Below are positions 25,394 to 37,355 of a DNA stretch of 64,000 bases, piece after piece (the first letter of the stretch is position 1; each line of letters begins with the position of its first letter). The notes beneath the pieces were generated by a model, which worked only from the letters and a program-made list of their open reading frames with translations, was not told the origin of the DNA and did no database searches. This stretch comes from Marsupella aquatica (taxonomy: Eukaryota; Plantae; Marchantiophyta), in assembly GCA_973895155.1 (NCBI GenBank), contig OZ316891.1, forward strand, positions 5,551,708-5,615,707. The letters run 5' to 3'. The position numbers and the translations under genes are program-made.

Positions 25394-25914
25394 CAAGGCT
25401 AGTGAGCAAGAACAAAAATCTAGCGTTCAGCATAAGAATATTTTAGGCAAAATAAATGGATGCCAAACTCACATGATAAAAGAATAGTGTTCTTTTCACT
25501 AAGTTACCCCAAAACTGCACAACTTTTTAAGTTGCCCCCAAAACTACTTTAATTAGTAAGCTGCCTCAAGGCTACTGAGCACAAACAAAAATCTAGCGTT
25601 CAGCATAAGAATATTTTGGGCAAAATAAATGGAAGCCAAACTCTCATGATAAAAGAATAGTGTTATTTTCACTAAGTTACCCCAAAACTGCACAACTTTC
25701 TTAAGTTGCCCCCAAAACTACTTTAATTAGTAAGCTGCCTCAAGGCTACTGAGCACAAACAAAAATCTAGCTTCAGCATAAGAATATTTTAGGCAAAAAT
25801 AAATGGAAGCCAAACTCACATGATAAAAGAATAGTGTTCTTTTCACTAAGTTACCCCAAAATTGCACAACTTTCTTAAGCTGCCCCCAAAACTACTTTAA
25901 TTAGTAAGCTGCCC
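25394..25914. repeat. About 173-bp tandem repeat, 3 copies
   Basis: Units begin at 25394, 25567 and 25741 (caaggcta.tgagca..aacaaaaatctagc...ttagtaagctgcc). Confidence 0.92.
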
Positions 25915-26719
25915 CATGAATTAATCTCAGCTGCACATCCCAACTATTGAGTTACTTGTGGCCGATCAATCATTTGAATGGGGCAACATGATGATTTAGG
26001 GGACAAGATCGTTACATATGGCCGACCAATCCTTTGCATGGGGCAACATAATAATTTAGGGGACAACATCGTGAGAATGACAAAACATTCAGCTACAAGT
26101 AAACATAACACTGGAGTGCCTAAGGTAGTCGACTAATCTGCCATGGCATTTCCGCTCAATATATTCCCATTTGATTTTTTGGAGGCAAAAAAGAATAAAA
26201 TAAAAATTCCCATTTGTCATCAGGAACCTTCCATGCTACATCTGCCACCTCTTCAAGTGGCGTGCAGAATTCCCATCAAGATTGAGCCCAAAATGGAAAA
26301 GTCTTCGGCATAATTATAACGCAAGCAATGAACCAAGCCTAATGATGTGACCGCTTGATGCCAACAGGTAACTCCAGCCAGCCCAAAGCCTGCACATGTC
26401 CCAGAGCCTTTACACGAAACATGTACTATAGCCATCATTTGATCAAGTGTTCCCACCCGTCCTTCTACCCATGTTTGCACTATTTACATTCTACTGGTAA
26501 TTACTGGTATAGATATTGCATTTATCAACCCACACGGCTAAGTTTATTGTGGCACTCATGCGCAAGTGTTACCCCCTCATATGGACATATTTTTACTCTA
26601 GAAACACCCTCCTTGCACTTAAAAACTGCAAGACAAGTGTAATTTGTATGAAAAGGAGGAATAATCCTTGAAATACGTATACAATATTGCAAGTATTGGT
26701 GGTCCATTTAAGAAACAGA

Positions 26720-27047
26720 GAGAGTTCATTTTGGTAGCCTTATACAAAATCTGAGATTTATCACTTTGTCATCCTTTTTGCGTGAAATTACTACCTTGCC
26801 ATGATATTTGGGTTATTTACTAAAATTAATCATACGTGATTAACTCAACTGTATTTTCCCTGTCGGAAATCTCTTCATGGCATTTTTGGATGATTAACTA
26901 TGGGTGTTTAACTTGAACATTGCTAGAAAAAGGTGGTAATTTATAAATAATCTAAAAATCTTGGCAAGGTAATAATAATGTATCACAATAAAGTGACAAA
27001 GTAGTAAATTTCAAAAATACAAAATAGCACACAACTACCGAATCTCA
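26720..27047. mobile_element. Degenerate AT-rich MITE (Mutator-like long TIRs)
   Basis: attta..actttgtca...attactaccttgcca.gat.ttt..gttattta (about 26755-26830) is mirrored on the opposite strand at about 26935-27012. Confidence 0.55.
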
Positions 27048-28149
27048 TGGGACGATCCAAAAGGGGAAAACAAGCCAGAGGCCAGAGATCAAGGTAGATG
27101 TGCAGGGCAACCCTCCCAACAATCTTTGAGTCTTATGCTAGCTTATGGCCTCCTCATCCAAAAGTGCGTTACTTCCTAGAATGCCATTATGTTATGTTGC
27201 ACAGTCTCATGTGCCTCCCCCACCAGCTTTCCTGGTCTCCTTTCCATCAGTTGCCCCTCATCTCCCCTTTGTCTCTCCCCCCAACATTGTTTTTTTGACT
27301 CAATTTCAAGAGAGTTCAATTGGCCAAAACTAAAATCCAACGTGCATGTCCATAATTATGTGCCACCTCGACCAATGCTCGTGTGTTGCATAGAAGATTC
27401 TAAGGGTGAGATAAAGAAATACAAGCAAGACAAAGAAATGCAATCGAGACAAGAAAATTATTAAGGCATTGTATGTTTTATCCCGACCTTATGGTCATTG
27501 CATGAGGTTGTTTTTGCCAAGCACCCTTGAATGTGGCCATGCTGTCATGTGGCTGTGTTGTTGGGTGTGGAAGCTTAGTGTGCAGGATGAGTTGAAGAAG
27601 AGACAATGAAGACATAATCATAGAATGCTTAAATCCACATATGGGGACATCAGGGATGCAAACCTACATTCTGCGTAAGGGTTTAAGGGCTGAAGATGTA
27701 AACAAAGTAATGCAAATAGTGAATGTTTTACAAAAAGTTTTAAAAATAGAATCTAAGGGAAAAATTGCTCAACCAGGCATGTCTAGTGACTCTTTATTGA
27801 CATTGATTTAGATGCCAGCATACATCTGTTCTTCTTTGCTGGTTTCTTCCCTTTGTGACAGTTTTTGTCCAAAATGAGCACACCAGTCATGCCCAATGAA
27901 ACAAGTTTCTGTACAGGTTCTATTTCAAAACTTTTAGAAAAAATTGCAAAAAATTAGTCAGAACCTTTGGAGACTAAATCTTAGGTCCATTACCAATATA
28001 TTTGTCCGCGGGGATTGAAAGTTTCAATAATTAATCAGTCGTTGAGCAATTTTGATCGTTCACTACAGTAAAAGTACGTATAGTGTCACACTCAACTATC
28101 GTAATCAGTGTAGACGGTTCGCCAGGACGATCAGGAGTCTCCAGTCTGG

Positions 28150-29110
28150 CCCCGAAGGCTCACAGGCTCACAGGGTCGGGCTGTTACAGACAAACGCCGC
28201 AGGAGTCATGGTCACGTCGGAAGGCTCTGGACTATCCAACGCTTCAGTCGGGTCCCCAAAAGCTCCAGGGGCGCCCCCTCAATCAGGGGCAGACGCGTCA
28301 GCCTTGTCTTCGAAGGCTCCAGGGTGTCGCCCCCTAATCGGACGCAGACGCTTCGGCCTTGTCCATCAAGGGTCCAGCGTCGCCCCTCAATCAGACGCAG
28401 ACACTTCGACCTTGTCCCTGAAGGCTCCAGGGTCGCCCCCTCAATCAGACACGCAGACGTTTCCATCTTGTCCTGAAGGCTCCGGGGTCGCCCCCTTAAT
28501 CGGAGGCAGACGCGTCAGCCTTGTCCCCGAAGGCTCCAGATTCGCCCCTGATCGGAAGCAGACGCTTCAGCCTTGTCCCTGAAGGCTTCAGGGTCGCCCC
28601 CTCAATGGGAGGCGGACGCGCCACGCGAAGGGTCCAGATTCGCCCCCTGATCGGAGGCGGACGCGTCAGCCTTGTCCCCGGGCTCCAGATTCGCCCCTGA
28701 TCGGAAGCAGACGCTTCAGCCTTGAAGGCTCCAGGGTCGCCCCCTCAATGGGAGGCAGCCGCTTCAGCCTTGTCCCTGAAGGCTCCAGGGTCGCCCCCTC
28801 AATGGGAGGCAGACGCGCCACGCTGGCCCCGGAAGGGTCCAGATTCGCCCCCTGATCTGAGGCAGCCGCTTCAGCCTTGTCCCTGAAGGCTCCAGGAGCG
28901 CCCCCTCAATCGGAGGCGGATGCGCCACACTTGCCCCCGAAGGGTCTAGATTCGCCCCCTGATCGGAAGCGGACGCTTCAGCCTTGTCCCTGAAAGCTCC
29001 AGGGCCGTCCCCTCAATGGGAGGCCGACGCCGAAGGAGTGATGGGCAAGGCCGAAGGCTCGGGAACCCGCTCCCGCGCCTGAGTCTCGTCCCGGAAGCCT
29101 CTGGAAAGGA
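28150..29110. repeat. GC-rich about 54-bp minisatellite, about 17-19 units, directly upstream of the NBR1-like gene
   Basis: Consensus GAAGGCTCCAGGGTCGCCCCCTCAATCGGAGGCAGACGC(G/T)TCAGCCTTGTCCCT, with two interleaved unit variants (...agggtcgccccctcaatggg / ...agattcgcccc(c)tgatcgg). Confidence 0.93.
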
Positions 29111-29294
29111 CTCCTCAGGCCCTCTCCATCGCAATTCGCCATCACAATCGCAATCACCAGAGGTACTACCGACCAATCGAGCCACCTTCCTCTCTGTCTT
29201 GGCTTGCGAAAGAAGGCAGCGCAGCAGCTCGGCCCTTCGTCAGTTTGTATACTACAGTGAGGCCCAGCCGCCCAGTCCATGCCTCCTTCGCCAC

Positions 29295-29466
29295 TATAAA
29301 AGGGCGTGGACTCCCAATTATGATTCCAGCTCTCGTCGTTGAAGCATCACTTCTTCACTCACTCACTCACTCACTCACCAGCGCGGATCACAGGAACGCG
29401 CAGGTTATCAATTTCTCGGCAGACTAGTGCGTTCGCGGAGAGTTTGTTGAATTTTGCGGCTTACAG
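29295..29466 (+). promoter_or_regulatory. TATA box and predicted 5'-UTR intron of the NBR1-like gene
   Basis: TATAAAAG at 29295, (CACT)n initiator-like region at about 29348-29377, CAG|GTTATC donor at 29404 and TTACAG| acceptor at 29466. Confidence 0.55.
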
Positions 29467-29562
29467 GAACGGAAATTCTTTTGTTGGGTTTGAGCTGAGC
29501 TTGGTCAATTGGAGGAGTACAGAACAGAAGATTTTGTGGAGGTTTGTTGAGCATCGAACGAG

Positions 29563-31428
29563 ATGGAGTCTTCTTACATTGTGAAGGTTCAGCACGAGGG
29601 TGCGATTCGTCGCCTGACTCTTGCGAGAGGGGAGGGGGCATTCGCGTTTGAGCAGCTCCAGAGCAGGATTCGGGACCTGTTCCAGTTTCCGCTTTCGGCT
29701 CAATTTGGGCTTACTTACCTTGATAAGGACGGGGATGTTGTCACTATGGCTGAAGATGAGGACCTAAAGGACGCCTTGGTGCTGCAAGCTCTGAATCCTC
29801 TGCGCGTCACGGTGGAGATTGTGAACGGGAATACGAAGTCAAGTTCCCCGGTGCTCGGAAATGAAGTGAATTCTGGTGAGGCGACAGAGCAGCCGATCGT
29901 TCAGGGTGGATCGATCCCTCCAAGTCTCTCGAATTCGTTGCCAGTGGATATGGTTGTAGATGCTGAGCCAGTTGTTGATTCCGGCGAGTCTGTTGCTAAA
30001 GCGGAGCCCTCGAGCAATTCTGGTGGAAAATCTGCCTTACCTGAGGAGAACGTGTCTAAAATGGAGGGAGGTTCGGGATCGAAAGCTCCAGATGTTCCTT
30101 TCCCTGAGGGACCAACGGAAAACAAAAGTCAGGAAGAAACAGGTGGTTCCAGCGAAAATCGCGGGCATCTAGTTCATTTCGGCATCCAATGTGACAGTTG
30201 TCGGATGGTGCCTATCTTAGGGCCACGCTTTGTATCGCGCACAAAGCGAAATTATGATTTGTGCGTCAGATGTTACGAGGCCAGCGGCGCAGAGGAGAAG
30301 GAATTTGCAAAGATCGACCGCTCCTTTTTCCGGATTGGATGTCCAGCCTACGTTGGGAGTATGAGCAGACGGCCCGAGCAGGGAATGAGAAGGTCCGTGC
30401 AGAGGATGCGCAAGAATCGCAACGAATGTCCTCAGTCTGCTCCTGCGGCGTCTGCTGCTGATGCCGGAAATAGAACTGCAGCAGAGTCTGCAACGGAAAA
30501 TTCAACCCCCAAGGTTTTGCACATGGGTGTGCAGTGTGACGAGTGCGGAATGCATCCTCTCGAAGGTCCAAGATTTACGTCCTCCACACGATTCAATTAC
30601 GACTTGTGTCACAGCTGCTTCATGAAAAGCGGTAGCAATGCGAGTGAGTACTCTCGTGTTGACCAACCTGCTGTCCGTCGTGTGTATCCGCTCGCCATGA
30701 GAGAACTTTTGCGCCGGGCGGCCTCTGAAGGCCGGCTGAATCCCCTCAGCGGTCGGTGGGCTTGGGTTATGAATGGTATGGTTCCCATTCTGGCTGTCGA
30801 AGCGCAAGAGAAGACACCAGCTGCTGCAAGTAGTGACGTTGGCGTGGGTGGAGACGCCGTCAATCCACCTCAAGCTGAATCTGCAGGGGAGAGTGTGTCC
30901 GTTGCGAAGGCAGCAGCAGCAGATGCTGAGGCCACTATTTCACCCTCCAAGCCGGAAGGACCTACAGAAGAGCGAGCAGTCAATGCTCAGGATGAACGTA
31001 ATGTTGTTCAAATCCCTGTACTCAACACCAACGAAACTCAGGCACCAGTAGATGTACAGTTTGTATCGACGGAAAAGAGCACTGTGAATAATTTGGGAGG
31101 GACAGCCGGAGTAGACGAGAGTGTCTCAGCACCTGCAGCTGACGGAGACCTCTCCACACAGGAGGGCCTGTTGGCTAAGTTGGCAGCGATGGGCTTCGAG
31201 GATTCAAAGCTGAACGAGGAGCTGTTGCAGAAGAACAATTTTGACTTGCGCAAGAGTTTGGACGATCTGTGCGCTGCGGAAGAGTGGGATCCAATTTTGG
31301 GCGAGTTGCAGGAGATGGGTTTCTACGACGCTAACATGAATCGCCGTCTCATGTTTAAAAACAACGGCAGCGTGAAACGTGTTGTGAAGGAACTCGTGCA
31401 GATGTACAAAGGTGAGAACATGGCATAA
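29563..31428 (+). CDS. NBR1: NBR1/p62-like selective autophagy receptor, 621 aa, intronless CDS
   Basis: N-terminal PB1 (K8, YLDKDGDVVT OPCA motif, LNPLRVTV), two ZZ fingers (CDSC...GPRF...NYDLC..C and CDEC...GPRF...NYDLC..C), UBA1, AIM/LIR EEWDPIL, and UBA2 (LQEMGF...KNNGSVKRVVKEL). Confidence 0.9.
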   Translation: MESSYIVKVQHEGAIRRLTLARGEGAFAFEQLQSRIRDLFQFPLSAQFGLTYLDKDGDVVTMAEDEDLKDALVLQALNPLRVTVEIVNGNTKSSSPVLGNEVNSGEATEQPIVQGGSIPPSLSNSLPVDMVVDAEPVVDSGESVAKAEPSSNSGGKSALPEENVSKMEGGSGSKAPDVPFPEGPTENKSQEETGGSSENRGHLVHFGIQCDSCRMVPILGPRFVSRTKRNYDLCVRCYEASGAEEKEFAKIDRSFFRIGCPAYVGSMSRRPEQGMRRSVQRMRKNRNECPQSAPAASAADAGNRTAAESATENSTPKVLHMGVQCDECGMHPLEGPRFTSSTRFNYDLCHSCFMKSGSNASEYSRVDQPAVRRVYPLAMRELLRRAASEGRLNPLSGRWAWVMNGMVPILAVEAQEKTPAAASSDVGVGGDAVNPPQAESAGESVSVAKAAAADAEATISPSKPEGPTEERAVNAQDERNVVQIPVLNTNETQAPVDVQFVSTEKSTVNNLGGTAGVDESVSAPAADGDLSTQEGLLAKLAAMGFEDSKLNEELLQKNNFDLRKSLDDLCAAEEWDPILGELQEMGFYDANMNRRLMFKNNGSVKRVVKELVQMYKGENMA

Positions 31429-31433
31429 ACGAC

Positions 31434-31932
31434 GACCCAGTTAGATACTGTTAGGATTTAGAAAGTTGGGAGAGGCAGCCTCACAGAACCTCCTACAAAA
31501 CAGTTGTTACAGTAGTGAGGATAAACAAAATAATCGCGGGTGTAAATTCTCCGTTACTAATAAATGGCTAGTCCATAGCCGTCGACCCAGTTAGATACTT
31601 TTAGGATTTAGAAAGTCGAGAGAGGCAGCCTCACAGAACCTCCTATAGAAGAGTAGTTAGTGAGGATATATAAAATCATCGCGGGTGTAAACGCTCCGTT
31701 ACGAATAAATGGCTCGTCCATAGCCGTCAGAGCAGATGCCGACTAATAAATGGCTAGTCCAAAGCCATCGACTCAGTTAGATACTGTTAGGATTTAGAAA
31801 GTTGGGAGAGGCAGCCTCACAGAACTTCCTATAGAGCAGTAGTTAGTGAGGATAAACAAAATAATCGCGGGTGTAAATCCTCCGATACTAATAAATGGCT
31901 ATTCCAAAAAGCCGTCAGAGCAGATGCCGACT
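31434..31932 (+). repeat. About 150-185-bp triplicated unit immediately after the NBR1-like stop codon
   Basis: gac.cagttagatact.ttaggatttagaaagt...cctcacagaac...gtgaggata...cgcgggtgtaaa...aataaatggct starts at 31434, 31584 and 31770. Confidence 0.9.
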
Positions 31933-33147
31933 TCATGATCTTGATGTATGCCATTGTTTTAACACTGTTGGAAGTATATTGATATGTCTGATTGATCTCA
32001 AAAGTTTCGTTGCACCTGATGGCTTTGAAAGTCGGGATTGAATTAAACGGTGATTTATGTCGTTGTCCACTCTAGGCGTTGCAATGTTCTAAAGCGCAAT
32101 TCCTTTAACTGTCCGGTCTGAGTGCAGGTATCGTCGTTCAGCACTATGATTGAATCACTATGTGCAATTGTATCGGAAAAGGGAAAGAAAAAAATTATGA
32201 ATCGAACATTATATAATTCGACCTGAACTTTTCCTGACAAACACAATTATCTCTACAATCGCAATTCGCAGGTTAAAATTTTCCCATGTATATATCCTTA
32301 CCTTTGAATCGGAGTTACCGTGATATGCATTTTAAAATTATATCACATGCTATATTCTACTGATTTTCACAGGATGAAAATGTATAGCAATCAGTTTGTG
32401 ACACGGGAGTTTTCATAGAATTGCCTCCAAGTTTTAAATGATAATCGATTTATCATCATCATATCATTGTGAACTAGAAACATCACATGACAGTTAAGAA
32501 TACTTCGAGCCGAACGAAACATCTTGCAATGGTACAAAATTGTCAAGGTATTATTATGCGATAGGAATCGCGAGATCATGAGATTTAGCGGCAATTACCG
32601 ATACTCATGCATACTGCAATCCGTCATTCATTATTCACAAGTATTGGCAGCACAGTTGAATCTTCTGTGAATGTGCCGATAATCGGGGTGGTGTACAGTG
32701 TTGTCAATAGCCAACATGAAGATCATATCCTGGACATAGGTATACCCCTTGAAGAATTATCATGGGAATAATGCCGATCGAACTATCTAGTTAGTTTGTA
32801 GATTCTACCTCCTGCATGACCCACGAAATTCGGGTCGAAGAAACCAATCTATAAATTCCCCAGAATGAGGGATCAAAACTCAATGATTGTGCGCCTGATT
32901 AGCTTGTGTGCACTTGCCTTAACGATTATTCAATTCCACTGTTTCTTTGGCCTGGGAAGGAAGACACGGTTTTTGTCTGACTCTCCTCTTATTTCAGGGA
33001 AAACTGAGACGATATGGGATTCGGCTTGAGAGACAAACAGGTGACGGGGGCCATGAAAGACTGCTGAAGTAGGACTGGTCAGTGTGGGAGAGATAATGCG
33101 ATGACCAGGGGTCACCAGGGGTCACCAGGAGTCACCAGGGGTCATCA

Positions 33148-35989
33148 CTACTTCGCTTTGTCGTCAGACCTAAGCAAAATTTCATCCAATAACTGCTGTA
33201 AGGCCTTGTATGAAGAACCACCATCCTCTACAGCTGTAGTCAGGACACCCTTCCACTCCTTGGCGTTCTTTCTGAATTCCTGGCCTTCCACTTCAACCAT
33301 TATCAGCTTCACTGCCCTGCTCACCTCTTCCCTTGACGGCTTAGGGACCACTTCGTCTTCTGGCGTGTAGTTCTTGACACAGACAGCACTCTTTGAGACG
33401 TTTTCCAAGAATCTGCGCATCCAGAATTATGGCATCTTAAGTTCAGATCGTAAATATTCAAGTCGTTTACACATCCAAAGCTTGCAATCTAAATATCCAC
33501 ATTCATTAGACGAAATACTAGGCTCTCGATTCCTACATTGCAGTTTGAACGCTTTTGCATGCTCACTTCAATGAGCCAAGAATTCAAAACAGAGCTATAA
33601 ACAAGAGAACCGATGGGGGGGGGGGATCAGAATCAGAGATAATGTAGTCCGCAAATTGAGAAGGGTAGAGAACAGATGACCTCAGACCGTCATTCGGAGG
33701 ATAGTTCAACAAAGGACAGAGACCTTGAATAAGAGTAAAGTCCAGTTACCATGTTTATGGAAGGAATTTTACGGGAGGCCATTTAAACTTGGAATTTTTA
33801 ATGAGCTATGGAACCATATGAGAGACGAAGACGATTCAAATCCTCATTGAAGCCGAGGCTCTAGTTAATTGGAATTCATAGGTGGGTCCAACTTTAATTT
33901 CATAACTCACAAGACGGGGCCGTCCAACAGCGAGGCAAGAAATTTCTCACCTGGCATTCTGGGGTTGGTCGGCAGCAAGCGGCCAAGTAACGACTGGCAC
34001 TCCGGCACATAAACTTTCCAGGACAGAGTTCCAACCACAATGGGACAAAAACCCACCGGTGGAAGGATGTAACAGAATCTGTGCTTGTGGTGCCCATCCT
34101 TCCTCGAAGTAGCCTCGCCCTTTCGTGCGCTCTCTGAAGCCGGGAGGGAGAGTTGCCCCTTCCAATGTACCAGTAAACTTTAGGACCCACAGGAAAGGCA
34201 CTCCACTGGCCTCTAGTCCATGAGCCAATTCCGTCATCGACTCAGGGGAAATGTTCGCAGCGGACCCGAAGCAGACGTAAAGAACAGAGGAAACGGGATG
34301 AGTGTCTAGAAATTTCAATGCTGGGAAAGACTCTGCTCCTTTGACGCTGCTGGAATGAGAGCCTGTGGAACGAGAGCCTGTGAACCCAGGAAAGTTCAAA
34401 ATCGGACCTATTGCGAAGACCTTTGGACCCTGCACATTCCACACCACAATTAGAGGCTTCACACTACTGTACACTGCAAGTTATAGGTAGGCTAGATTAG
34501 ACTATTATTTTTTGTCAGAATTTTGAGGGCTATTCCATGAAGAGTCTTGCCTAGAGCATTTGACCAATTTCGGTTGGGCATGTCATGTGTAGATCTACGG
34601 TAGACTGTTCCTATCCATAGAAATCTTGAAGTCTGCCCTCTAATTGGTCTACTAGACCATTTGGTAGCAAACAAATATTCACACTAGACTGAATACGTCC
34701 CGAGGCTGAGATGAATTGTAGGTACGAACATTCTTCTTAGTACAAACCGTAACAGCAAATGGAATGCATATATAGAGATGACCAAACTTTGTTACAAGCA
34801 ACCGAAGCAGAGTCTGTGCATTCTTCATTATTCGGTCTTGGAATTATGGCCTGATGGGCAACGTTGAGGAGATTGTAAAGCCGCAATGCTTCCTTTTTTC
34901 TAGAAATAGAAAACTTAAGCAACTTTACCTGTCGATTAGCAGCTCTGGCCCCAACCTCAGTACCGACACGAATGGCGTCCAGGGCTCCTGCAGGGGCATC
35001 CAGCTCTTCTGCACTGTTGTATACAAGTCCTGTCGCTCTACTCATTGCTTTAGAATGATAGTTCCAATAGTCTGGGAACTCGAAGGGCTCAATTGAAAGG
35101 TCTTGAACTCTCGCAAATTTAGAGCCAGGGATTTGCAACATCTCGTTTCGTCTAGGGGATTCAATGGGATGGAAACCCTCCTCGAACAGCGTCGGAACTG
35201 CAAGACAGGAGGCAGCTGAATACGGTGGCGATGAGACATACACTGAATACCAAGGCACATCCAATTGACTCGCTAGCTCCTGCATGACAAAAAGGTTTTC
35301 ACACAATCAGTCAGATCTCTGCTAACCATCACCTCTTGACAATTAATTTCTTTGCAGGACACAACCTTCTGGAAAAAAATGGCATGAAGGTTGTTAATTC
35401 ACCACTACAAATTTCCCAAGCCATACGCAATGTCCACATATTTTATACAGTCCACTTCTCTCAAATTACAAAATCTTCCGAATTGAAAATGAAGTGATCC
35501 TGGTTTGGTGACCACTCTCGTTCTCCTCAATTCAAACTGCTGTAAAGGGTACTATGTTCGTGGCACGCAAAAGATCTACAGTACCTCTGCAAAGCACAAC
35601 AACATATCCGACATCACACAAGTCGGGGCTCCCGGGAGACCCTTCTCTTTCAAGCCGATCAATTTCTTGGCGAGGGGTTCCAGCTCCTTCTGACAGTGCT
35701 CGGCTATAAGTGCAGCCCGGAATGGGAAAAATGGGTCTTTGAGATACAGTGGAGGCGGTGTGAACAACGGTTCCAGATGCAAGTCGATGCCATCGAATTC
35801 GCCCTGGGCTTGCAACTCAGCCAGCTCTGCGCACCTAAAGTCAGTGCTGACAAAGGTGACAGTGAGGCCCTCATGACCGGCGCACTGTTTCAGAAGCTGC
35901 GCGAATTGATAATGGTGTCCGAAAGGCGAGAGAGCGGCTATGAGTATGTGAGCGCGTGACTTGCGCACTTCTTCACCAAACCTTGCCAT
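33148..35989 (-). CDS. Family-1 UDP-glycosyltransferase, about 499 aa. Exons 35989-35585, 35279-34929, 34429-33951, 33412-33148
   Basis: N-terminal catalytic His (SPFGHH), PTCVMSD, SVLYVCFGS, full PSPG box WAPQAQILLHPSTGGFLSHCGWNSVLESLCAGVPVVTWPLAADQ, C-terminal GGSS. GT-AG introns in frame. Confidence 0.92.
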
Positions 35990-36657
35990 TTCCCCAAAAT
36001 CACTCACAGTTCAGTTACGAGGACTCCTTCTAAAAATCTCCACTATCTGAGGAGGATTTCCGATCTATGCTCGCAATGCTCTTCAGTGAATTCTTTTTCT
36101 GTAGCTTTCTCAAATCAAACTCTCCAAACCTTCTGCTGTTTCTTCGATCTGATGGACTATCGCCACCAGCTTGGCTCTATAAATGCATTCAAATATTTGC
36201 ATCCCCCCGTTTCTGGTCTCGTTTCTGGTCTGAGACGCTTGGATTCAATTCTGTACACCCAGTCTCCGCCACATGGAAAGCATTGCAACGTAGTCTGGAG
36301 CTGCCGAAGCTTCTCCCGACGGCTTCCTTCCATTATCATTATTCGTACACTTCTCTGATCGCATTCCTTCACTTTCATTGCTGTCGTCGTACAGGTTCGA
36401 GAATGCTTTTTCAGAATGGTTGCACATGAGAATGATGTCAAATGAGCAGGTCAGGAACTCTGGAAGTTGCCTACGGGCTTCTATAAATTGTAACTTCGTC
36501 GTCTGTAGTTGTTTTGTAACGACGGAAGCTTCACTTGAAGCCTGCGAAGACTCGTCAAATTCCACCTCACTAAAAAGGTCAAATTCCACCTCACTAAAAA
36601 GTACTAGTAAGATTTGGCCAAATTCCTGGCATTTTGTGTAAAATTGATTCGGTTTAT

Positions 36658-36955
36658 TTGTCTCCCATTAGCCCAGTTTGCCACCTAGCCACCCCACTTT
36701 CTGGGCTATCATCTTAAATCTAAAAAGATCAAGGGGGATCAAATTTTAATGTAGTAAAATTAGATAGATAAAAGAATATTCTTAATGTTTGTTCCTTAGC
36801 ACATTGCTTGTCTCCCATTAGCCAGTTTGCCACCTAGCCACTCCACTTTCTTGCTATCATCTTAAATCTAGAATGATCAAGGGGGTTCAAGTAATAATAT
36901 AGTAGAGTTAGATTAGATAGATAGATTAAAGAATTTTCTTAACGTCTTTTCCTTC
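36658..36955. repeat. Diverged about 150-bp tandem duplication upstream of the UGT
   Basis: ttgtctcccattagcc.agtttgccacctagcca...ctatcatcttaaatcta...gatcaaggggg at about 36658 and 36808. Confidence 0.8.
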
Positions 36956-37355
36956 ACAAAAGGTGATATCCGCCACCTTGGCTAAAAAGTAACAAGTCTT
37001 TGAAATTACCCTCATGATTTTGCGAACAAAATGAAGCTTCTGAGTTCATACCTTCATCATAATCACACGTGTGGAGTGACTGAAGGTACAATTGTGATAA
37101 TTAAGTTTGCACAAACTAATTGAAGAAGAAACTATGGAAGAGTCCAAAGATGATGGGCTGCCTGAAGATCTTTAGGCCCAATGATGCTGTATGTTGAAAT
37201 TGGAAGCGGACATATGTTAAGGAGAGATGTAAATGAAATACGGGAAATAATAGTTCAAGAAAATTTTTGGTTGAGAAGAAATTAAATGGCCATGCAAAGT
37301 TGTAAAGTAGTGTCATGCTAGAAATGGTGCACTTTCCAAGGAGTCTAAATTAGAC

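Noticed and set aside
28052-28582. 176-aa repetitive ORF
   Set aside because: By-product of a GC-rich 54-bp (multiple of 3) minisatellite. It has a non-ATG start and the frame breaks in later units.
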